From assembly GCA_949282135.1 (NCBI GenBank), contig CASDOR010000021.1:12881-76880 (forward strand): a stretch of 64,000 nt of DNA. The letters run 5' to 3'. The position numbers and the translations under genes are program-made. The notes below the pieces were generated by a model. The model searched no databases. It was not told where the DNA came from and saw only the letters and a program-made list of their open reading frames with translations. This DNA is from an uncultured Christensenella sp. (GTDB lineage: Bacteria; Bacillota; Clostridia; Christensenellales; UBA1242). Shown piece after piece: positions 45,756 to 54,983 of the stretch (its first letter is position 1; every line of letters starts with the position of its first letter).

Positions 45756-46541
45756 TTAGGTTTTTTGATATTTTTCTATTTTTGATTCTAACCTTCTTGC
45801 CTCATCTATTGCAAGTTTTAAGTATTCTTCTTCAGAAATATTGTATTCCTCTTTACAAAAAATCTCATAATCAAGTGAAATAAAAGGAAAATCAGATAAT
45901 TCTTTTGCTTTTTTATCCCAATCTATACTTTTGCTAAAATATGACAATGTATGCTCGTCTCTTTCCCCATTATTATCATGCAAATGCAAAGATATTAGTT
46001 TGTCACCATAATTTTCTATATAATCATAATCTCTATCATAACAATTGTTATGTCCTATGTCCCAATTAAACTTAAGCATTTTGTGATTTATATTTTTAAA
46101 TACATCTATAAAAATTTGTCTATGTTCAAGATTTTCAATCGCAAGAGGAACATTTAATTTTTCACATAGATTTAAAACTTCAAGTAGTCTTGTTTCACCC
46201 ACCTTAGAATATTCGCCATTAAGGTGAACAACTACACACTTAAAACCATATTTATGTGCAATTTTTACATCCTTAATTAAATTTCTTTTTAGTTTTTCTC
46301 CCTTTCTCCCTTCTTTCCAAAAATTTGGTAGTTCAGCTCTTGTATACCTCATATGTAAACTTGAGAGTTTAAGTCCTGCCCTTTTTATTGCTTTGACCTG
46401 CTTTGAGATACATTTATTTTGACTGTTATATTTTTTGTCCGCATTTGCAATAACTGCGTCAAATCCAGCCTCTTTTATCTTTTTTGCCCTATCGTAAATA
46501 TTTGAAATAAAACCAAAGTAAAAACTAATACCTTTATCCAT
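45756..46541 (-). CDS. Sugar-phosphate isomerase/epimerase (xylose-isomerase-like TIM barrel)
   Basis: 261 aa. LAIENLE, WDIGH and LHLHDN are metal-ligand-type motifs of the AP-endonuclease-2/TIM family. Confidence 0.7.
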   Translation of the reverse strand: MDKGISFYFGFISNIYDRAKKIKEAGFDAVIANADKKYNSQNKCISKQVKAIKRAGLKLSSLHMRYTRAELPNFWKEGRKGEKLKRNLIKDVKIAHKYGFKCVVVHLNGEYSKVGETRLLEVLNLCEKLNVPLAIENLEHRQIFIDVFKNINHKMLKFNWDIGHNNCYDRDYDYIENYGDKLISLHLHDNNGERDEHTLSYFSKSIDWDKKAKELSDFPFISLDYEIFCKEEYNISEEEYLKLAIDEARRLESKIEKYQKT

Positions 46542-46690
46542 TGTAAAACCTCGCTAATATTTTATTGTACAACAAAAAAATTAAATTGTGAAGTTTATCA
46601 TAATACATAGAGTAAAAAACCTTAGTCTAATACAAGCATTGATATGTTTAATTGCCTATTTTTTTATCATTTATTTTGTTATTTGAATAT

Positions 46691-46734
46691 AAAAAAAGAG
46701 ACAATTTTGTAAAATTCATTTTGTCTCTTTTTTG
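46691..46734. terminator. Bidirectional-looking intrinsic terminator after the AcnX pair
   Basis: AAAGAGACAA-(16 nt)-TTGTCTCTTT, flanked by an A-run and a T-run. Confidence 0.6.
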
Positions 46735-46781
46735 TTATTTTTCTCGCATCTTTTTTAACTTTCAAGAGTTAATTCTTATAA

Positions 46782-47228
46782 CTAATCTACCACTTTTACA
46801 ACTCCATCTTCAGTTACCGTAATTATGTCTCCAGTCTTTATTTCATTTAAAATATCACTACCTAATTTGTCAATTGCAATAATATTTGAATTTTCCCAGT
46901 TCTTCGCAAGGATTACTCCACTTGCTGCAAGGGAATCTATCTCCTCGCTAAAAAGAAGTGCTGAAGGATTAATCCCCATTTGACATATTGTTTGAATGAC
47001 AAGTCCGCCTGTAGTTGAACCAATAGTTTGAGGAAGAATTAACGCTACTCCTGTTAAATTCTTTCCATAAACGTCCGGATTATTTTGGTCTGAGCCAATA
47101 ATTTTTTTTGCATTTTTAAGTGCCGATTTTTGAAATGTTGCAAGAGTATTAAGTCCTTGCCTAGACACTACACATTCCCCAGTATAATTACCTTTACAAA
47201 TTACCCTGCCTTTAAATTCCTTTGCCAT
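46782..47228 (-). CDS. Aconitase X swivel-domain small subunit (DUF126)
   Basis: The 148-aa protein follows the DUF521-type gene with a 1-nt gap. The ATG at 47226-47228 is preceded by GGAGG. It has the GS-rich ligand-loop context LPQTIGSTTGG. Confidence 0.7.
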   Translation of the reverse strand: MAKEFKGRVICKGNYTGECVVSRQGLNTLATFQKSALKNAKKIIGSDQNNPDVYGKNLTGVALILPQTIGSTTGGLVIQTICQMGINPSALLFSEEIDSLAASGVILAKNWENSNIIAIDKLGSDILNEIKTGDIITVTEDGVVKVVD

Positions 47229-47229
47229 A

Positions 47230-48501
47230 TTATTTACCTCCACAAATGATTTTCACAATATCATCATCTTTGTAATATCTTGACTTTGAATAAGTCCTAA
47301 GTTTATTGCTGTTTGTTATAATTGGTTTTCCGCCTGCAATTGGGTTATTTGTATACATAAGTGGACAAATTGAGGATATATTTACTCCAAAACCTTTTAG
47401 CATTTTGTACTCTTGTGTCTTAGAAAACTTTTCTACAACGTCTGGAGCACTTGTCATAATAGTTCTTACTTTTACTTTTTTTCTATTATTAAGTTTTAGT
47501 TCTTCTTCAATTTTATGTGTCCAATTTATTAGTTGGTTATATGTAAGATGTGGACATCCTATAAAGCAAAGAGTAGGTTTTGCATTTTTATCTTTCCACA
47601 TAACAGGATAACTTTTATAAACTCTCTCAAGTTCCGCATCGTCAATTTCGTAAACCTTTGCGTTTTTGTTAATAAGTTTTTCTCCAAACTCTTTTGCTTC
47701 TGGAGTAAGGTTTTCAATATGATAAAGTCCTACTGCCCCATTACTTGCAGTTGCCGCACCAAAATCTTTTAGATAAGACACTATGTCTTCCGTAATTTCA
47801 GTACCTAAAAATTTATCAAGCCCTTTAACAAAAGGCACGTCTTCCATTACTTTCATACCTATAGCACTACCAAGAATTTGTGCTTCTGGAAGCGAAGAAG
47901 TTTTAACCTCAATTACCCAATTTGCCTTTCTCCCCTCATCAGTTAAAAGTCCAAACTTAGGCACTTTACCAAGAAGTGCACCAAAAATATCTAGCATACC
48001 GCTATTTCTATTACACCTAGCACCAAGAACAGAATTTGCGTAAACAACTGCACTACTCTCTGCCCAAGATAAAATATCTCCATACTTTGGAGTGTTTCCC
48101 ACTTCTGGTAAATAGCATGTACACGTAAAAGCATTTTTGTTTTTAAGACCAATTTTACTTAATTGCTCCTCGTATAACTTTTGTTTTGAATACATAATCT
48201 TACTAAAAATAAGCTTGTTTAAAAGTCCACATTTGACATTTTCATAATCAATTGGACGAGGATCCATTGTAAATGGATATGGAGTTTTAAGTCCAGCATC
48301 AATGATTTCATCCATTATTCTATACACTGGTTTAAGTAATCCTATTCCAAACGAAGTCACAAGATGCCCACTTGTAGTTACATCTACAAACTCTTCCGCT
48401 CCAAAAAGGTCACCAAACTCAACAAGTGTTTGCATAATTTTTGCTTTTGTTTTCCCTTGCTTTCCGTCTAAAATCTCTTGTTCCTCTTTAGTTAATCTCA
48501 T
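47230..48501 (-). CDS. Aconitase X catalytic large subunit (DUF521)
   Basis: 423 aa. MRLTKEEQEILDGKQG... is a typical DUF521 N-terminus. Cys residues are present in CTCY, ARCNRNSG and GCPH contexts. Confidence 0.7.
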   Translation of the reverse strand: MRLTKEEQEILDGKQGKTKAKIMQTLVEFGDLFGAEEFVDVTTSGHLVTSFGIGLLKPVYRIMDEIIDAGLKTPYPFTMDPRPIDYENVKCGLLNKLIFSKIMYSKQKLYEEQLSKIGLKNKNAFTCTCYLPEVGNTPKYGDILSWAESSAVVYANSVLGARCNRNSGMLDIFGALLGKVPKFGLLTDEGRKANWVIEVKTSSLPEAQILGSAIGMKVMEDVPFVKGLDKFLGTEITEDIVSYLKDFGAATASNGAVGLYHIENLTPEAKEFGEKLINKNAKVYEIDDAELERVYKSYPVMWKDKNAKPTLCFIGCPHLTYNQLINWTHKIEEELKLNNRKKVKVRTIMTSAPDVVEKFSKTQEYKMLKGFGVNISSICPLMYTNNPIAGGKPIITNSNKLRTYSKSRYYKDDDIVKIICGGK

Positions 48502-48562
48502 CTTTCTCTCCTTTTTACTATCACAATAATTATATATGTTTTTCTAATTTATTCAAAATAAT

Positions 48563-50128
48563 TTAACTAACTTTATTTTCATTCTTGTCCTTTTTTTTGC
48601 CTTTATATTCATTACATATTGTACACGTTAGATCCTTTAAATATTTCATCTCCTTAGACCTAAATGTAAATATTACAAAAATAAAAGTAGTTACGCCAAA
48701 ACAAATTAAACCTTTACAAATAAAATTAATAATACTTATTTCTTGTATTAATGAACACAAAAAATACGATGCTACACCAGATACTAGTGTAAGAATAAGC
48801 ATTCCAAGTTGTCTTAAGTAGTAATCTTTTGCCGAAGTTTTAAAAACAGTTTTGTATAAATAATTTGGCTCTAACGTGTCTATAATCATAAGTCTGCTTA
48901 AAATCATTGATAAAAATACTCCAGCAAGCCCTAAGAAATGACATAGTAAAATTGACAAACCAATGTTGATTAATGAGGTTATAAGAATATAAAACTTTAC
49001 TTTTTTAAATAGTCCATAATTTTCTCTAAAACAAACTACTGGAACTGCAATATTTTGAAAATAAAAATATACACATAGTAGTAGTACTGAAACTTCATCA
49101 ATAAGAAGTGCTGAATCTTTTAGCCACAGCATCATAAAATCATTAAAGGTTATAAACATTGCAATCGCACAAAATGCACTAAGATAATGGAAAATTAAAA
49201 GTAATGTCCTAAAAACCTTTAGTGATTTTTCAGTGTTGTTCTCAAGAGTAATACTTCCAATACTTGCAAAAATAGCACTATTTAGAATTGATATAAATCC
49301 TGCAAGAGAACCTGTAATTGTGTTGTAGTTACTCACATACCCTACAACTAAGGTACTTATCATGGTAGAAATCACAATACTACATGTGTTAGATAATACG
49401 ACATTTCCAAGCTTATATAAAAAAGTGCTTTTTATGTTCGATTTTATTTCTTTCTTTTCCTCATCTTGAAGTCTTGCTTCCTTGTTCTTTATAAAAGGAT
49501 ACTTTTTCTCAGCATATATTGCAAGAGCTAAATTATTAATAAAGTTGGTTATTATTTCTGCCAAAATATAAATTTTATAATCTGGTACAACAACAAGCAA
49601 AATAATTCTTGCAACAGTTCTAAGAAGAGTTGTTGCTATATTAAAAATTTTTATTACTGACATGTTTTGATAGGCAGTAATTATTGTTTGTTTATACCCT
49701 AAAAGATAAGAAAGCGCAGAATTACCTAGAAATAGGAAATAATAAATATACAAATCTACATTTGAAATAGTTATATCAGGAGATATTAAAAATTTTAAGA
49801 AAGGTGCAATAAAAATGCCTAAAACAAAAACCACTAACGCAATTATATTGTATATTTTTTTATAGTAATTCATGTATGCCGCTATTTTTTCTTCATCATT
49901 TTTTGCTATTGACTTATATAAAGAAAAAACTAAAATCGTTCCAATTCCTAGTTCTGCAAGACTGAGGAAAGATAAGATACTTGAGTATAAGGAATTGATA
50001 CCAAGAATTTCTTCCCCTAATTTTTGTATGAGAAAAGTACGGCAAACAAAATTAAGTACCAAATTAATAATTTGATACAAAATGCCAAATATTAAATTTT
50101 TAAGCGACTTTTGTTTACGAGATTTCAT
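48563..50128 (-). CDS. Polysaccharide/oligosaccharide flippase (Wzx-like, MOP superfamily)
   Basis: 521 aa with about 12-14 TM helices. The N-terminus LIFGILYQIINLVLNFVCRTFLIQKLGEEILGINSLYSSIL is typical of this family. Confidence 0.75.
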   Translation of the reverse strand: MKSRKQKSLKNLIFGILYQIINLVLNFVCRTFLIQKLGEEILGINSLYSSILSFLSLAELGIGTILVFSLYKSIAKNDEEKIAAYMNYYKKIYNIIALVVFVLGIFIAPFLKFLISPDITISNVDLYIYYFLFLGNSALSYLLGYKQTIITAYQNMSVIKIFNIATTLLRTVARIILLVVVPDYKIYILAEIITNFINNLALAIYAEKKYPFIKNKEARLQDEEKKEIKSNIKSTFLYKLGNVVLSNTCSIVISTMISTLVVGYVSNYNTITGSLAGFISILNSAIFASIGSITLENNTEKSLKVFRTLLLIFHYLSAFCAIAMFITFNDFMMLWLKDSALLIDEVSVLLLCVYFYFQNIAVPVVCFRENYGLFKKVKFYILITSLINIGLSILLCHFLGLAGVFLSMILSRLMIIDTLEPNYLYKTVFKTSAKDYYLRQLGMLILTLVSGVASYFLCSLIQEISIINFICKGLICFGVTTFIFVIFTFRSKEMKYLKDLTCTICNEYKGKKKDKNENKVS

Positions 50129-50235
50129 ATTTTTCCTATTTATAGATTTGAAACAAATTTATATGTAATAAATAACTTAGAATATTAAGATTTAATTAAA
50201 TTTTATTAATTTGCTAAAAGAGTAATAGACCAGTA

Positions 50236-51141
50236 TTATTTAATAAGTTCTTGATAAAAAGTTCCTTCTAATTTTGCTTCCTTTTCACTGAATTTATACG
50301 TAAGTTTGAAAGCTTTTGTGTCTTGGCAAATTTCAGCAAACTTTGTTTCGTCAAACTTTTCAAATAATAACTCTGCGAGTGAAAAAAGATTTTTATTTTC
50401 CATTGGAACCTTATCTATTAAGTCCTTAACCTCACTAACATTGTCATATAAAAAATTTATTATATAGTCAATTAAAAAATAATTAACTAAAACATTGTGG
50501 TCTTTCCAATATTCAAAAAGAATATCTCTTAATCCAACAAAAACAGGATTTCCTCTTGCTCCGCTCATTAAAAAACCTGCCCACCTGGTACGAGTAATGC
50601 ACTGAGTATCAAGCGTGTGGTCTTCTAATTTTAAGGTGTAAAAATGATAATTAACAACCTCTTGGCTAATATCTCCCTTTAGATAAACTGTTGAATCAAT
50701 CCATATTCCGCCATGTTTTGCTAATAATGTTGCTCTTAAAATATCGGAAAAGTGAGTTAATGTAATAATTCCTTTTTTAACCTTTTCAATTATATAATCA
50801 GGAATATCCGCATACTCTTGATAATTTTCCTTTGTAATTAGAATAACTTTATTGTTTTTAAAATTTTGTTTTATTGAATCTATACAAACTTTAACAATTT
50901 TAGGCATTTGTTCATATCCTTGATACCAAAAGACCCAAACTACAAAATCCTTATCAACAATTTTAATTTCACAATCTTGTGGTAATAAATTTAAGTATTT
51001 ACTTCTTAAAAAATTGTCTATTAATTTATTCCTTTTCGTTTTACTTTTTTCTGAATTTGTAAGTTTTATAGAAATTGCGTAAAAAAGATATTTAACCGCA
51101 AATTTAAAACCAAATTCTTTTAATAACTTAAAAAACTTCAT
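50236..51141 (-). CDS. Capsular-polysaccharide-synthesis-type glycosyltransferase (Caps_synth/OCH1-like)
   Basis: Contains VWVFWYQG and FSDILRATLLAKHGGIWIDSTV, hallmark motifs of this family. Confidence 0.7.
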   Translation of the reverse strand: MKFFKLLKEFGFKFAVKYLFYAISIKLTNSEKSKTKRNKLIDNFLRSKYLNLLPQDCEIKIVDKDFVVWVFWYQGYEQMPKIVKVCIDSIKQNFKNNKVILITKENYQEYADIPDYIIEKVKKGIITLTHFSDILRATLLAKHGGIWIDSTVYLKGDISQEVVNYHFYTLKLEDHTLDTQCITRTRWAGFLMSGARGNPVFVGLRDILFEYWKDHNVLVNYFLIDYIINFLYDNVSEVKDLIDKVPMENKNLFSLAELLFEKFDETKFAEICQDTKAFKLTYKFSEKEAKLEGTFYQELIK

Positions 51142-51268
51142 AAGACCCTCATTTATAATGAGTTTACTTGCAACTCTATGCGTATAATATCACAAATAGA
51201 AATTATTCGGCAAACTATTTAAATAAAAAAAAGAAAACAACAATTTATTAGTTGCTTCCCTCTTTATA

Positions 51269-51808
51269 TTAATTTTTAAAATATCTATCAAGAAGACCTT
51301 TGAATGCCCTTCCATGCCTTGCCTCGTCTCTTGCCATTTCGTGAACTGTATCATGAACAGCATCAAGATTGAGTTCTTTTGCAAGTTTTGCAAGCTTTGT
51401 CTTCCCATCTGTTGCTCCAAGCTCTGCTTCAACCCTCATTTCAAGATTTTTCTTTGTAGATGAGGTTACAACTTCTCCTAGAAGTTCAGCAAACTTAGCA
51501 GCATGTTCTGCCTCTTCATGTGCAGCCCTTTCATAATAAAGACCAATTTCAGGATATCCCTCGCGGTGAGCTACTCTTGCCATTGCAAGGTACATACCGA
51601 CTTCACTGCATTCTGCATTAAAGTTCATTCTAAGCCCCTCAGCAATTTCTTTTGGCAACTTAGAACTATCACCTACAACATGTTCAGAAGCCCAAACCAT
51701 TTCTCCTTCTTCAACAAGCTCTAATTTTGCACCACAAAGTGGGCATTTATCTGGAGGATTATCCCCTTCATATATATATCCACATACTGGACAAACATAT
51801 TTTTTCAT
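51269..51808 (-). CDS. Reverse rubrerythrin (N-terminal rubredoxin-like, C-terminal diiron domain)
   Basis: Contains CPVCGY...CPLCGA at the N-terminus, then [10 protein letters not shown] and [11 protein letters not shown] ExxH motifs. Confidence 0.9.
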   Translation of the reverse strand: MKKYVCPVCGYIYEGDNPPDKCPLCGAKLELVEEGEMVWASEHVVGDSSKLPKEIAEGLRMNFNAECSEVGMYLAMARVAHREGYPEIGLYYERAAHEEAEHAAKFAELLGEVVTSSTKKNLEMRVEAELGATDGKTKLAKLAKELNLDAVHDTVHEMARDEARHGRAFKGLLDRYFKN

Positions 51809-51864
51809 TTGTTATTACTCCTTTAACGTAAAATTTTTGTCAAAACTTACTTTGACCAGATAAA

Positions 51865-51877
51865 TAATATCATAATT
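51865..51877. promoter_or_regulatory. PerR-box-A-like site in the reverse-rubrerythrin promoter
   Basis: Minus strand AATTATGATATTA matches prx box A (TATTATGATAATA) at 11/13 positions. It overlaps a TTGATT, 16-nt spacer, TATTAT promoter. Confidence 0.35.
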
Positions 51878-51899
51878 TTACAAATAATCAAACTATAAT

Positions 51900-53147
51900 T
51901 TAACATTTCTTTCTAGCTAGAGTAATGTTATCAATCTTTCTATTTTGAAGTTCCTTAATCTCATTCTTTTTGTCCTCATATCTATAATCTTGACCATTCT
52001 TTTTTATGACTTTTTCTATGACCACATGACTAGCTTTAGTATTTTCATCTCCTACAAACTCCTGTTGATACAAGAAAAAGTCAGCATTACTTTTAAGTTT
52101 CATAACATCAATATAGCCTTGTTTGTCTCCTGTTAAAGTAATCGTTCTACTAATTACGTCTCTTATATATTTTTTATTTGTGCCTAATTTTAAAAGTGGC
52201 GGAAATTCACCATCTCCTATAACACTTCTAGTGTCGCCCTTTTCATATTTTTCAAATAACATGCAAGCAATTTTAAGATGTGCACATTCCATCTCAAAGT
52301 GTTCTTCCCAAATCCTTTTTATATTTTCATCCTTTTCCTCTTCAAAAGCACTATAGTATAAGTATGCCTCTGTATACTCATGCAAAACCCACTGCTCAAG
52401 AAAACTGCAAGTTGGATCTTTTAAGCTCTCATATTGACTAACATGCTCTTCCTCAACCATCGCAATTTCAGAGTAAAGTTTTCTTCCAAGATCATTTTTA
52501 TAAAACTGGGCAATATTCATATAATAATTCATTGTTTGTTGTTCAGCGGCAGTTATAATGCCTGCGACAAGTTTTGAATAAAGTTTACTTTTCTTTGCAC
52601 ACATTGGTTTTTTAATATTGTCAACCGGGTATCTATGGTGTGCAAGTGTGGGTCTAGCTGGTGTAATTTCAGTTAGCCCTCCAACAAGCATTTTGGGATC
52701 TAGTTTTTCTTTATCTAAAATCATAAGATTACTAAATCTATAAAGATGGTCAAAATCCTCAAGCAAGGCAAAATTAAGAGATTCTATATTCTCCTTGTCA
52801 GTATCGTTTTGGGCAAGTGTCGCTGTTAAATCAATTGCAAGTTGTTCATAAGAAATTGTTGTTTCAAGTATACTTTCATTAATTGGTTTAAGGCATGCAA
52901 TCCTCTTTTGTTGCATTTGTTCTTGTGCACGGACTATTGCAAGATAATTTTTTATCTCAGTGTTGTCAGTATGCCTTGCAAACTGATGTAAAAACCATAC
53001 ACTTTCATACTCAGTACCATTCATAAGAATAACTCGAGTTTTAGTGTATGGATTTGTTGTAAGTTTATCATATGCTTTAGGGTACATTTTATCAAGAGAT
53101 AAAGTGTATTTGGTAATATCCTTTGTTATTACATTAAGTGGATTCAT
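51900..53147 (-). CDS. Ferritin-like (tandem four-helix-bundle, ExxH-containing) protein
   Basis: Contains MVEEEHVSQYE, EEHFEMECAHL and LEDFDHL. The start is set at MNPLNV (ATG 53145-53147), preceded by AAAGGAGAA. Confidence 0.5.
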   Translation of the reverse strand: MNPLNVITKDITKYTLSLDKMYPKAYDKLTTNPYTKTRVILMNGTEYESVWFLHQFARHTDNTEIKNYLAIVRAQEQMQQKRIACLKPINESILETTISYEQLAIDLTATLAQNDTDKENIESLNFALLEDFDHLYRFSNLMILDKEKLDPKMLVGGLTEITPARPTLAHHRYPVDNIKKPMCAKKSKLYSKLVAGIITAAEQQTMNYYMNIAQFYKNDLGRKLYSEIAMVEEEHVSQYESLKDPTCSFLEQWVLHEYTEAYLYYSAFEEEKDENIKRIWEEHFEMECAHLKIACMLFEKYEKGDTRSVIGDGEFPPLLKLGTNKKYIRDVISRTITLTGDKQGYIDVMKLKSNADFFLYQQEFVGDENTKASHVVIEKVIKKNGQDYRYEDKKNEIKELQNRKIDNITLARKKC

Positions 53148-53205
53148 ATTAATTCTCCTTTTGCTAGTAATTTTAAACAAAAAGAAAATTTTTAAACCTT
53201 TTTTT

Positions 53206-53598
53206 CTATTCTTCAATTTTTTCTTCTACTTGTAATTCCAGATTTACCATAAAAATCAAACACTGCACAAGATTCGTATAAGCAAGTACAAGATTTTCTT
53301 TCCTTGCATGAATCAAAAATTCGTGCGTCTCATCATTATATGATACAAAAAAGTAACTTCTTACTTGCTCGGCATATTCTTCAATGTCGCCTTCTAAATC
53401 AAAGCCTATACTATCAAGCCTTTTAAAAGTCATACCCATATCAGACAAAATATATTCCCCATTTTTTTCTTTGATTCCAATCACATAATCCTTGTCATCT
53501 ACTGGAGAAAAAAATTTACTATTTACTATATAAACACCATTAAGCTCATTAACAGTAATGAGTTCGCCAAAAATTTTTGCTAATTCTTCTTTATTCAT
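53206..53598 (-). CDS. Small hypothetical protein (possibly DUF1828-like)
   Basis: 130 aa with a 4-nt overlap with the upstream gene. The pattern YILSDMGMTFKRLDSIGFDL recalls DUF1828. This is weak. Confidence 0.35.
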   Translation of the reverse strand: MNKEELAKIFGELITVNELNGVYIVNSKFFSPVDDKDYVIGIKEKNGEYILSDMGMTFKRLDSIGFDLEGDIEEYAEQVRSYFFVSYNDETHEFLIHARKENLVLAYTNLVQCLIFMVNLELQVEEKIEE

Positions 53599-54848
53599 CT
53601 TTCTTTCTCCTCTTCATTATTAGGATTTAACTCTTCAATAAAACCAGACTTTTTTAACTCCATTTGATCATATACTTTATCTGGATGATATGCCATATCT
53701 TTAAAACCTTCAGGAATACTTACAATCCTCTTTTCTTCGCTATTATAAACTGGACAATATTTTTCAGCAAAGGATTTTAATCCATTATGTTCAAGCTCAT
53801 AATGATTTATTTTTGACTCTACAAAGTTTATTCTGTTTTCAAAAGCTTCAAAAAACTTATCAAAACTTCCATACACTTTTTCTTCTTCATTCAAGTTTTC
53901 ACTAATTGGTAAAGGCCTAACATCAGCAGAATTGTTTTTACCAAAGATTAACCTTTGTCTAAAAGTAAACATATGTCTATGCCCATATATTGTATTTTTA
54001 GGAACAGTACCAAAAATGCTAAAATTACCTTTTTCGTCGAACTTATTTTTATGAATTGCAAGAGGTAAATAATCCCATCTTTCTATATTAAACTTACCAT
54101 CTTGTCTACCTCTATAATAAACATTAAATGCGGTTGAACTCCCACTCCTTTCATCAGGGCAAACAATTGAAGGCTGTTTTGTTTCAAATTTAATTATTTC
54201 TCCGAGTAATACTTGCCCATCAACATTCATAACAACACGCCTTGCGTATTTATTATTTCCGCCCTTACTTTCTATTTTGTTCCAACCTTCTATTGGTAGT
54301 TTAGGTGCATTTATCATTGCGTCAAAAAAGTCATCATCATGCATAAAAACATATTTTTCAAAAACTCTTGATGGAGCAGGCTTTGGAGCATCATCAATCC
54401 GCATTTTATGTGGAACAGCATAATTTGTTAGAGCATCCTGCCCAAACTTACTTTCTAAATACTTTACGTTTTTATTAATTAATGTTTGTTCATTTTTCTT
54501 ATCGGTTAGCCACTTAAGGGCAGTAATTTCCCAAGCATATGCTTTTGGAATGTCTGCACTATTTTTATTCTCACCATAAAACTTTAGAGAAATAATTCTA
54601 TTTTTCCCAGTCGTAATTCCAAGTTCATAAGCATCAAGCACTTTTTCCACAAAATCCTCGTCTATGTTGAGATAAATAGGTTGCACAATTACTTTTCTTG
54701 GCTTTTTTACTTGCTTAGATTTATACTTCTTTTTAAAAGTTTCAACTACCTCATTTGATTTGTCACTTCTTGAGACCTGTTTCTTTTGTCTTTTAAAATT
54801 CTTCTTACGATAAACTTTCTTCTTTGAAGAATTTGAATAACCACTCAT
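53595..54848 (-). CDS. Hypothetical protein with a strongly basic ~55-aa N-terminus
   Basis: 417-aa ORF, long and open in AT-rich DNA. The N-terminus is KKKVYRKKNFKRQKKQ...KKKYKSKQVKKPRK. No recognisable family. Confidence 0.8.
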   Translation of the reverse strand: MSGYSNSSKKKVYRKKNFKRQKKQVSRSDKSNEVVETFKKKYKSKQVKKPRKVIVQPIYLNIDEDFVEKVLDAYELGITTGKNRIISLKFYGENKNSADIPKAYAWEITALKWLTDKKNEQTLINKNVKYLESKFGQDALTNYAVPHKMRIDDAPKPAPSRVFEKYVFMHDDDFFDAMINAPKLPIEGWNKIESKGGNNKYARRVVMNVDGQVLLGEIIKFETKQPSIVCPDERSGSSTAFNVYYRGRQDGKFNIERWDYLPLAIHKNKFDEKGNFSIFGTVPKNTIYGHRHMFTFRQRLIFGKNNSADVRPLPISENLNEEEKVYGSFDKFFEAFENRINFVESKINHYELEHNGLKSFAEKYCPVYNSEEKRIVSIPEGFKDMAYHPDKVYDQMELKKSGFIEELNPNNEEEKER

Positions 54849-54948
54849 TCTTTATCCCTTCTCTTTATTTAATTTTACAGGCTAAATATTAAAAAGTCAA
54901 TACGGAAAAAATGTTAAATTCAAAATTAATTAATTACTCATAAAAACC

Positions 54949-54977
54949 TTAACTTTTTTTAGGATTAATGCTAAAAT
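54949..54977 (+). promoter_or_regulatory. Promoter positioned for a leaderless tsaC/sua5 mRNA
   Basis: Reads TTAACT, a 17-nt spacer, then TAAAAT, ending 6 nt before the ATG at 54984. No SD is present. Confidence 0.45.
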
Positions 54978-54983
54978 TTTATT

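Noticed and set aside
47306-48529. Series of 75-101-aa plus-strand ORFs antisense to the AcnX large subunit. Similar antisense ORFs occur inside cas3, cas5, alaS, dnaB, cysS, glgP, glgB, malQ and tsaC.
   Set aside because: All are antisense shadows inside long, well-supported genes. They are S/L/F/I-rich with no ribosome-binding sites.
51190-51432. 80-aa ORF overlapping the 3' end of the reverse rubrerythrin
   Set aside because: It overlaps a confidently identified gene in another frame and has no SD.
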